Counted from the stretch's first letter, positions 1 to 7,864 are shown. The stretch: 12,352 nt of DNA from an uncultured archaeon (GCA_964388035.1 CAYLZE010000136.1:1-12352); one strand, 5' to 3'. Notes: generated by a model from the letters alone, not told the origin. Program-made: numbers and translations.

Positions 1-344
1 CAAGCTTTATCATCACAAGCGCCTCGTCCATATATTTTACCGTCTATTAATTTACCACCGAAGGGATCCTGAGTCCATCCATCAGAAACTGGAACAGTAT
101 CCATGTGGCCATAAAGAATTAAGGACGGGCCATCTCCGCTTTTAAGAGTTCCTATTACATTTTTTCTTTTCGTAATAGTAGAAAGTCCAAGATCTTTAAA
201 TTTGTTTTCAACAAACTCGGCAATTTCTTTATATTTACCGGGTGGATTTTCAGAAGGAATCTGCACTATATTTTGATGAAACTTAACGATTTCTTCTTTC
301 ATTTCATCAATTTTAATTAAGATCCTTTGTTTTAGCTCTGACAT
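1..344 (-). CDS. M20 family metallopeptidase (ArgE/DapE-like), N-terminal part; runs off the window start
   Basis: Not in the ORF track; translated by hand from ATG at 344: MSELKQRILIKIDEMKEEIVKFHQNIVQIPSENPPGKYKEIAEFVENKFKDLG...NVIGTLKSGDGPSLILYGHMDTVP...WTQDPFGG...GKIYGRGACDDKA. Contains the M20 motifs IPSxxP, GHxDTVP and YGRGAxDxK. Confidence 0.92.
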   Translation of the reverse strand, partial: MSELKQRILIKIDEMKEEIVKFHQNIVQIPSENPPGKYKEIAEFVENKFKDLGLSTITKRKNVIGTLKSGDGPSLILYGHMDTVPVSDGWTQDPFGGKLIDGKIYGRGACDDKA

Positions 345-558
345 AAGTTTAGAAATAAAATTTTCGTTTTAACATTTCTGGTTTTGTTTGAAACTGTTCA
401 AAATTAACTAATAGAATGATCAAAATGCAAGATTTATTATTATTGATTAATAAAATTTCAAATATTCAGTTATTATTATTTATGAAAAAGTAAAAAATTA
501 AATATAGAAAGAGATCAATAATCTACATATAAGAAAAATTTTCGAGGATTGTAAAAAA

Positions 559-1617
559 ATGGTACTCTCTTTCATTGGATTTTTAGACGGGTTTACAGCT
601 TGTTGTGTTTTATTTTTCACCGCAACCTTGGGAATTTTAATGGTGATTAAAGGGAGGAGGGTAAAGGCTAGGCTTTTAGTTATAGCAGGGTTAACTATTT
701 TTTTCTCGGGATTAATTTATTTAGGGCAGACGGTGGATCTATTTTCCGTTCTCATGACTGGTAATAATATAGAACCCATTTACCTTTATGCTTATTTATG
801 TAGGATATGGGTGGCTCCTACAGTGTTTTTTGGTTTTTATGGAAGTCTTGATTTGTTAATAAGTAGAGGGAAGAAATTCATCATTTTGTTTATTTTAATC
901 TTGATATCTTTATTTGAATACTTTGTTTGGTTTGACACTAATAATTCGATAATTTTTAACCTACAATCTCCCGGTCAGGATATAATTGATGCGTCTTTTA
1001 ACCGTGCTAATCCAATATATATTATAATGCTAATAATCTTTGTTTTAGGTGCTACATTTTTGAGTTTTGGGTTCATGCTAAAAGCCTATAAATCTAAGGG
1101 TATTTTACGAAAAAAGTATTTGTTTTTATCGATTGGGTATACAGTTTTTCTCCTGTGCACTGGATTTGATGTGCTAATTCCTCCTGGTTCTGTTACAATT
1201 GGCATTGTAAGAGTATTTTTAATGAGTTTTCCCTTGTGGATGTATTTAGGTTTAAAAGAAGAGCATCTTAAAATTGATGAGATTAAGCCTGAAAAAGAAA
1301 TTAAGTTGGAAAGTGATCTATTTCGTATTTCTAGATTGAAACAAAAGGGAATCACTGAAGAAGATATTACGCTTTACAAGGAAAAGAAAATATGTTTGGT
1401 TTGTAAAGGTAAAGCCAGTGGTTTTAATATTTATCTATGTCCGAATTGTGATTCTTTATATTGTAATAAATGTGCTGAAGCCTTATCTGAGTTAGAAAAT
1501 GCTTGTTGGGTGTGTAATGGACCAATTGATGATTCAAAACCTGTAAAAATTATGAAGTCAGAAGAAGAACTTGAAATGAAATTAGAAGATCCTGATAAAT
1601 TTAAAAATAAAATGTAA
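559..1617 (+). CDS. Seven-transmembrane protein with a C-terminal 8-Cys (C4C4) RING-like zinc finger
   Basis: 352 aa ORF with about seven hydrophobic segments in aa ~8-232, a charged linker, then CLVC-x11-CPNC-x4-CNKC-x10-CWVC (1393-1515). GAGGA lies at 544-548 upstream of the ATG. Confidence 0.85.
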   Translation: MVLSFIGFLDGFTACCVLFFTATLGILMVIKGRRVKARLLVIAGLTIFFSGLIYLGQTVDLFSVLMTGNNIEPIYLYAYLCRIWVAPTVFFGFYGSLDLLISRGKKFIILFILILISLFEYFVWFDTNNSIIFNLQSPGQDIIDASFNRANPIYIIMLIIFVLGATFLSFGFMLKAYKSKGILRKKYLFLSIGYTVFLLCTGFDVLIPPGSVTIGIVRVFLMSFPLWMYLGLKEEHLKIDEIKPEKEIKLESDLFRISRLKQKGITEEDITLYKEKKICLVCKGKASGFNIYLCPNCDSLYCNKCAEALSELENACWVCNGPIDDSKPVKIMKSEEELEMKLEDPDKFKNKM

Positions 1618-1644
1618 AAGTTAGTATTAAAAAATTCCTTACAG

Positions 1645-1659
1645 TTTTTTCTATTTTTT
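1645..1659 (+). terminator. Possible archaeal oligo-T terminator
   Basis: TTTTTTctaTTTTTT about 28 nt after the stop codon at 1617; weak evidence given the AT-rich background. Confidence 0.3.
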
Positions 1660-1776
1660 ATTAATTATCTCCTTACTAGTTAATTTTGTGATCAATTTGA
1701 TGAATTATCTCTAATAATAAGAATAAAGAACAATTAACTAGATTAAATTTATTCTACATATAAAACAATCTTAATA

Positions 1777-3297
1777 ATGAAATTAAATAAGTTTAAAGTT
1801 TTAGCAAAAGAAGAAATTGAATTAATTCATTCGGAAACGATACGATTATTAACTGAGGTAGGTATAATAATAGATTCTCCCCGCGTGCAGACATTTCTTA
1901 AGGATTTTGACGTGGAAATTGATGCTAAAACAAACTTCGTAAAATTTTCAGAATCCATAATTAAAGAATACTTGAAAAAGGTACCTCACTCTTTCAAATT
2001 ATATAATCGAGAAGGGACAGAGTATTTGGACATTTCTACTGAAAGTACCCATTTTTTAACAATTGGGGCTCCTGTGAAAATTTACGATCCAGAAAGAAAA
2101 AAGGGGGTTCGCCCATCTAATCTCAATGACACAATAAATTTCATGCGAGTAATAGATAAATTAGATAACCTATCAGCATCACAGATTGATATCTGGCCAG
2201 GGGATGTAAAGTATACAACCATCCATGCCGTTTGCTTGTATCAATGGGCTAAAAATTCTCATAAACCCTTTGGATTTGGCTGTTATGGGAGAGTGCCCAG
2301 TGAAGATACAATGAACATTGTCTCTATTTTAGCAGGTGGTAAAGAAGAATTAATAGCAAGACCCAGAGTATACGGAATTTTTAATCCCACAAGTCCCTTG
2401 CATTTACCTCAAATTATGACCAATGGTCTTGAAGTATATGTAAAACATAAGCAACCCTTAATCATTGCTCCAGAAGCCCTCGGAGGCACTTCAGCGCCGG
2501 TAACCTTAGCGGGATTGCTAACCCAAACCAGTGCAGAAAATCTGGGTGCAATTTTATTGGCTCAAATGTATAGTCCCGGAGCGCCTGTTTTTTATGGTAC
2601 TGTATCTCATACAACTGACATGAGAACAGGGAGCTCTGCTATTGGAGCAATAGAAACGGGATTGATCACTGCTGCCTTTGCTCAATTAGCTCAATATTAT
2701 CAAATTCCTTCGCGAGCTCTGGGAGGTGTTACAGATTCAAAAACTCTAGACATGCAAAATGGTTTCGAACGGTTTCAAACGTTATTATTTGCTGCTCAAG
2801 CGGGTATCAATTTTATAACATTTGCAGGGACTTATGAGGCTACTTTAGCGGGAGCTCTCGAGTTACTTCCGATAGATAACGAACTGGCAGGTATGGTGTT
2901 GAGGGCTTCAGAAGGTATTAAAGTGGATGAGCAAACGATTGCTTTTGATTTGATCAAGAAAGTGGCAACAAGCACGACAAAGGGAAATACGTTCTTAAAT
3001 GAACCACATACTTCAAAATATTTTAGAAAAGAACTATATATTCCCACGCTTGCAGACAGAAATCGAAGAAATACTTGGTATAAAAATGGTGCTAAAGATC
3101 TTATTGCAGTAGCTAAAGAAAAAGTGGATACCATTCTGAAGAATTTCCAAGAGTATCCCATTTCCCCTGACAAAGATAAAAAACTAAAAGAATACATGAA
3201 AATGGTCGATGAAAGAAGTTTAGAGTATTATGTTAAAGAAGAAGGAATTTCTCGTACAAATGTATCTCTTCCCGACGGAAAGGAAATTCAAACGTGA
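1777..3297 (+). CDS. mttB: Trimethylamine methyltransferase (MttB) superfamily corrinoid methyltransferase, non-pyrrolysine type
   Basis: 506 aa with family motifs IHSETIRLLTEVGI, NPTSPL, GGTSAPVTLAGLL, PGAPVFYG, DMRTG, TDSKTLDMQNGFE and HTSKYFRKE. No in-frame TAG; the Pyl-equivalent position appears to be Val (GGVTDSK). Confidence 0.93.
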   Translation: MKLNKFKVLAKEEIELIHSETIRLLTEVGIIIDSPRVQTFLKDFDVEIDAKTNFVKFSESIIKEYLKKVPHSFKLYNREGTEYLDISTESTHFLTIGAPVKIYDPERKKGVRPSNLNDTINFMRVIDKLDNLSASQIDIWPGDVKYTTIHAVCLYQWAKNSHKPFGFGCYGRVPSEDTMNIVSILAGGKEELIARPRVYGIFNPTSPLHLPQIMTNGLEVYVKHKQPLIIAPEALGGTSAPVTLAGLLTQTSAENLGAILLAQMYSPGAPVFYGTVSHTTDMRTGSSAIGAIETGLITAAFAQLAQYYQIPSRALGGVTDSKTLDMQNGFERFQTLLFAAQAGINFITFAGTYEATLAGALELLPIDNELAGMVLRASEGIKVDEQTIAFDLIKKVATSTTKGNTFLNEPHTSKYFRKELYIPTLADRNRRNTWYKNGAKDLIAVAKEKVDTILKNFQEYPISPDKDKKLKEYMKMVDERSLEYYVKEEGISRTNVSLPDGKEIQT

Positions 3298-3488
3298 AAT
3301 TTTGGAACAATATCATGCTGGCAAATATCTGAAATCTTCTCCTTCCTGATTTATTCACTTTTTATATCCATTTAACCCTATAATAAATGTTTATAGCGCA
3401 AATATTAGATAATTCCCCAATCTTAACTTGTCGTGTATTTTTAAAGAAGAAAAAGGTATATTATGAATTATTTTATTGTTCAGTAATT

Positions 3489-4946
3489 TTAATTTCTTTG
3501 AGAATGAACGGGAGCTGGAAATCTTCCTTGTCTATTAATAAATGATTCGCAAGAAACCATCTTGACGGGCATTACAACTGACCTGCCTAACAATCCTCCG
3601 AACTCGACTTTTTCACCTGGCTCTTTCCCTATAACGGGAATAATTCGCACACCAGTTGTCTTAGCATTAATCATCCCGATTGCGGCCTCGTCGGCAATAA
3701 TCCCTGATATCGTGGTAGGAGGTGTTGAGCCGGGGATGCAAACCATGTCCAATCCAACAGAACACACGCTAGTCATCGCTTCTAATTTTTCTAATGTTAA
3801 AACACCTTTTCCCGCGGCTTCCGTCATGATCTTATCTTCACTTACGGGAATAAAAGCTCCTGAAAGCCCCCCCACGTAAGATGAAGCCATTAAGCCCCCT
3901 TTCTTTACAGCATCCGTTAATAGAGCAAGAGCAGCCGTTGTTCCCGGACCACCCGTTGTTTCTATTCCCATTTCCTCTAAAATGCCAGCAACGCTATCAA
4001 AAGGGCGGGTAGTTGGAGCTAATGACACGTCCACGATACCAAAAGGTACGTTTAATCGCTCAGCGGCTTGTTGAGCAACTAATTGTCCTACTCTAGTAAT
4101 CTTAAAAGCAGTTTTCTTGATCGATTCTGCTAATGTCTCAAAATCAGTGCTATGCTGATGGCGTACCACATTTCGAATCACTCCGGGTCCAGAGACGCCC
4201 ACATTGATACAACATTCTGCTTCCCCTACTCCATGAAATCCACCCGCCATGAAAGGATTATCTTCGACAGCATTTGAAAATACGACTAATTTTGCACATC
4301 CAATCGAATTTTCCTCTCTTGTATTCATTGCGATTTGATGGATTATATCTCCCATCATTTTAACCGCATTCATGTTCATTCCTGAGCGGGTAGAAGCAAC
4401 ATTTACCGAACTGCATACATATTTCGTAGAGGACAATACCTCAGGGAGGCTTTGTATCACGCATAAATCCGCTCTTGTAAATCCTTTATGTACCAAGGCA
4501 GAAAAGCCCCCCAAAAAGTCCACATGAACTTTTTCTGCGGTCGCATCCAAAGTTTTCGCGATTGCGATAAAGGCATTGGTTACTTCCGATGAGATCTGAG
4601 GCGTCGCAATTTTATATTTATGAAAAAGAGGGTCATTGAATGATTGAATATATTCAAGAGGCATCTCTTGAACCTCCTTCAATGCACCTAAAAGCAGAGA
4701 TATTGGTGTTATGGTAATTCTCCTATTGATAATAGGAATCCCATAATCATCTTCTATTGAAGTGGCTACCTCTGAAAGATGTTGAGCTAAAGAAATGATT
4801 TTTGATTCAATTTTTTCTTCCATCTTTTCTAATTCACTATCAGCGCAATCCAATAAATTGATGCCCATTGTAATGGTCCTGACATCAAGTCCTTGTTCCT
4901 CGAACATCCTTTTTGTTTCAATTACTTCTTCTGGAGAAAATGACAC
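3489..4946 (-). CDS. DUF711 / UPF0210 PFL-like family protein
   Basis: 485 aa, GTG start preceded by SD-like AGGGTG. Family motifs LDVRTITMGI, GGFSALVHKG, CAKLVVFSNAVEDNPFMAG, SGPGV, FKITRVGQL, GGLSGAFIPVSED, EKLEAMTSVCSVGLDM and C-terminal PAPVHSQRN. Confidence 0.95.
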   Translation of the reverse strand: MSFSPEEVIETKRMFEEQGLDVRTITMGINLLDCADSELEKMEEKIESKIISLAQHLSEVATSIEDDYGIPIINRRITITPISLLLGALKEVQEMPLEYIQSFNDPLFHKYKIATPQISSEVTNAFIAIAKTLDATAEKVHVDFLGGFSALVHKGFTRADLCVIQSLPEVLSSTKYVCSSVNVASTRSGMNMNAVKMMGDIIHQIAMNTREENSIGCAKLVVFSNAVEDNPFMAGGFHGVGEAECCINVGVSGPGVIRNVVRHQHSTDFETLAESIKKTAFKITRVGQLVAQQAAERLNVPFGIVDVSLAPTTRPFDSVAGILEEMGIETTGGPGTTAALALLTDAVKKGGLMASSYVGGLSGAFIPVSEDKIMTEAAGKGVLTLEKLEAMTSVCSVGLDMVCIPGSTPPTTISGIIADEAAIGMINAKTTGVRIIPVIGKEPGEKVEFGGLLGRSVVMPVKMVSCESFINRQGRFPAPVHSQRN

Positions 4947-4979
4947 GATTTCATGACACCCTAGGTTTTAAATACTTAA

Positions 4980-4997
4980 ATTTGATATAAATCAAAT
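4980..4997. promoter_or_regulatory. Palindrome ATTTGAT-ATAA-ATCAAAT overlapping a TATA-like element upstream of DUF711
   Basis: Perfect 7-bp arms with a 4-nt spacer, 34-51 nt upstream of the GTG start; the minus strand reads TTTATAT through its centre. Confidence 0.4.
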
Positions 4998-5963
4998 GTG
5001 GTTTTTAATTAATTTGTTCTTCCATAATTTCATAAACTTGATTAATTTTTTCATTCTTCTTTTGAATTCATTCGAAGAACATTTTTTAAAAATATTTACT
5101 GGAAAACAATAAGAAAATCTTTAAAAATACCAAATTCTTTCCTTTTTTATTAATTTTATATGATTTCTTTGAGGTAACAATTTTTCTGATAATTAAATCT
5201 TTATAAAGTGGATTTTTCATTTAAGAATCGCTCTTTTTTAAGGAATCTATTAGAATATAATTAAAACTTAATAATTCCATAAAATATATTTCCAATTTAA
5301 AGAAAGATATCTAGCTTTTTTAACTTAGAATTTATAAGAATTGGAATATTTTTAAATAAATAGATTATTTATAAATCACCATATGATAATATATAAATAT
5401 CACAATATCGAAAGATCTCTAATTATATATTCTCATTACTTCCATATCTACAAATACTAAGCACTTCAACTATAATAATAGTAAATTTTTTCTTGATCAT
5501 CTTTTAAAGAAATATTAATAGAGGAAGTCTTATTTTATTTAAACATCTAATTCAATATAAAATTATCATTTAAAATATTTGTTAAAATTAAGAAATAATG
5601 AGCATCCATAACTATCGAAAAATTAAAATTGAGATCTAGACAAAAGTGTAAAATAAAGCGCATTTCATAAAAAATGATAGAAAATATGCTAGCATGAATA
5701 TAAGCAAAGTTCTTGAAGAAATAATGATTATAAAGTATCTTATTTGATAAAAGCAAGACTTATTGATATTTTAGATGATCTAATTATAACGTCTTACACT
5801 AAAAATCAGTTTACTTTAAAAAATTAATCTATTTTCTTGAGAATTTATCATGTAAAAGATTATTTTAATAAAATGAAAATCAATTTTTTTTATAAAACTG
5901 AGACATTGCATTTAAATAGGCAAATTTACGAATTAAAAGTGAATAGATATATTTAAAAGAATT

Positions 5964-5984
5964 AGCATAGTAAAAAACTATGCT
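5964..5984. promoter_or_regulatory. Operator-like inverted repeat AGCATAGT-N5-ACTATGCT
   Basis: Perfect 8-bp arms lying between a TATA-like ATATATTTAAAA (5947-5958) and an SD-like GAGGTG (5994-5999). Confidence 0.5.
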
Positions 5985-6008
5985 GCGAAATAAGAGGTGT
6001 TATGTTTT

Positions 6009-6836
6009 ATGTATTACCATCATACAAATATGGGCGATTTGCATTTATTCAAAGATCGATTTGTCAAAAGGATATACATGTACACGTTGATATTGATGGG
6101 ACTTACATTTGGTATGATTTTAACTGTATTAATTATTAAAAATACAGTGATATCCCAAGAATTAAACCTTGAAAATATATATCCATTGATTATCATCCTT
6201 AGTATTACATTTGCCACCATTCTCCTTCTCATGATATGGAGTCTATATAGGATGAAAAAGAGGATGGAAAATAATCCAGAGGCTTCCCAAAATTTTATAG
6301 AAAAGAAAGAAGATCCCTTACACTATAAGTTATATAAGTTTACTTTCACTACTCTCATTACTATCGCTTCTATAACCATGACAGGAATTTGGATTTCAGG
6401 ATTTTTCTTGGACCCCACGGCCACAATTTTAATCGACATTTACTTCATATTATATTGGATGTCTTTAATACCAATATCTCTTTACATGTATTTCTGGCTT
6501 GCTAACAAGAAGGAACAATACGAAAACGGCATTCAGGTTCATATCGAGAAGAAAGAAGTTAAAAAGGAATTCATGAAAGAAATCGAATGGATTTATGAGG
6601 ATCTAAAAATATTGGACAAGAAGAATCAACGAAAACAAATAAAAGAAATGCAGAGACATTTCATGAATGTTGAGCAAAAATACTTCCTTCTATTGGAGGA
6701 TGATTTTTATACCATGCATATCGTAGACGAGCTTGAGACTGTTAGAAAACAATTCGCTAAAAAACTAAGTAAACCACTTAGAATTCTAAATGCCCCCCAA
6801 ATAAAAAGTGAAGAATTAAGAAATAGAGCAAGTTAA
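6009..6836 (+). CDS. Hypothetical membrane protein: four TM helices in two repeated hairpins plus a charged C-terminal helical domain
   Basis: The ORF track starts at GTG 5997, but ATG 6009 lies 9 nt after GAGGTG and is the likelier start (275 aa; ATG 6030 is an alternative). Four hydrophobic segments; no family recognised. Confidence 0.75.
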   Translation: MYYHHTNMGDLHLFKDRFVKRIYMYTLILMGLTFGMILTVLIIKNTVISQELNLENIYPLIIILSITFATILLLMIWSLYRMKKRMENNPEASQNFIEKKEDPLHYKLYKFTFTTLITIASITMTGIWISGFFLDPTATILIDIYFILYWMSLIPISLYMYFWLANKKEQYENGIQVHIEKKEVKKEFMKEIEWIYEDLKILDKKNQRKQIKEMQRHFMNVEQKYFLLLEDDFYTMHIVDELETVRKQFAKKLSKPLRILNAPQIKSEELRNRAS

Positions 6837-6893
6837 AATTACCTGTCCTCCTATAAATTTTGGAGCGACTTTGGTTTGATAAGGTTTGTAGCC

Positions 6894-6902
6894 TTTTTTT
6901 TT
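6894..6902 (+). terminator. Oligo-T terminator candidate
   Basis: Run of 9 T about 57 nt after the stop at 6836, in the convergent gap before the ACT gene. Confidence 0.4.
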
Positions 6903-7026
6903 GAAATTTTTTAATAAAAATCTGTCTTTTTGCAAAGAGAGAGAAATTAGGACTATTTCAATTCACATAATTACTGTTTTAATAATGATCTTTGAAGAAA
7001 GACGAAAAATAATAAATAAAATTCTG

Positions 7027-7296
7027 CTAAATTCGATGCATTTTCTTAAAAACATCTTCATGTTGAATCGAAACATAAATACCAATTTTTTCTCCCACCT
7101 TTCTTAGCTCATCAGATACTTCTTTTAGGGAAGTCGTGCTTTTTTCAAAATCTACGACCATGATCATGGTAAAGAACTCATGTGCATAGGATTGAGAGAT
7201 ATCTCTTATATTGACACTGTATTTAGCCAATACATTCGAGACCCCTGCTACAATTCCTGGTTTGTCCATTCCTACAACGGATACAATAGCTTTCAT
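7027..7296 (-). CDS. ACT domain protein, UPF0237 family
   Basis: MKAIVSVVGMDKPGIVAGVSNVLAKYSVNIRDISQ...FFTMIMVVD...IQHEDVFKKMHRI. The 89-aa form from ATG 7296 fits the family better than the 99-aa track ORF. Confidence 0.93.
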   Translation of the reverse strand: MKAIVSVVGMDKPGIVAGVSNVLAKYSVNIRDISQSYAHEFFTMIMVVDFEKSTTSLKEVSDELRKVGEKIGIYVSIQHEDVFKKMHRI

Positions 7297-7864
7297 TTTA
7301 ACGCGATAATTAGGATTAATATACAAATCGAATATATTATATTTAAAATTATCAAGTGCTTTAATTTTAATTTTTTCACTTTTTCTTTATTATGAGTAGT
7401 ATGGTAATTATATAATATTTCTTTTAAGATTTAAATAGCAATTATTTAAAATTGCTGGTTTATATACGTGGAGTAAATTATCACTTTCTAAATAAAAAAG
7501 ATGAATTTCAACCCGATTAAATGAAAGATTTTTTCCTTTTTAAAATTAATAACCTTCTTACAATAACCAAACACTTATGTGAATTAATATTTCTTCTCCT
7601 AATCTTAAATTCTTGTAATTTATTCAGCTGAATGAAAATGAAGAAAAAATCTTTTAAATATGAAGCTATTCAAATTGATTGAAGTTATAAAATGTTAAAT
7701 TTAAAAGGACCATTGGATAAATATTTTGATAAAAATAGAAGTGCCATCAAATTAGCTTACATATTCTAAGGTTTAAAGGCATTACAAAAAAATAAATACT
7801 AGTTCTTTGACTACTTAATATATAATCGAAAGGTAAGTTAAGTTATTAAAAATCCATAACTGAT

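Noticed and set aside
1086-1355. 89-aa minus-strand ORF
   Set aside because: Antisense shadow inside the 7TM-RING gene; no recognisable motif.
2701-2760. Pyrrolysine read-through in mttB
   Set aside because: No in-frame TAG; the equivalent codon is GTT.
2832-3879. ORFs 2832-3197 (-) and 3562-3879 (+)
   Set aside because: Antisense shadows of mttB and DUF711.
3489-4946. Higher GC of DUF711 as evidence of horizontal transfer
   Set aside because: Largely explained by the Gly/Ala/Val-rich conserved protein; cannot be tested without codon statistics or a phylogeny.
5547-5756. 69-aa minus-strand ORF
   Set aside because: TTG start, F/I/L/N-biased composition typical of random AT-rich DNA, no motif.
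4947-6000. CRISPR array, tRNA or replication origin in the long spacer
   Set aside because: No periodic repeats, cloverleaf or ORB-like boxes were visible.
6020-7395. Short ORFs 6020-6232, 6901-7107 and 7180-7395
   Set aside because: They overlap better-supported genes on the opposite strand and have no protein-like features.
6960-7585. 11-bp inverted pair AATTCACATAA / TTATGTGAATT flanking the ACT gene
   Set aside because: Short and AT-rich, with no target duplication or transposase; likely chance.
7632-7769. Short frame MKMKKKSFKYEAIQID*SYKMLNLKGPLDKY... with an in-frame TGA (selenocysteine or recoding?)
   Set aside because: No redox motif, no SECIS-like structure seen, and TGA serves as the normal stop of mttB.
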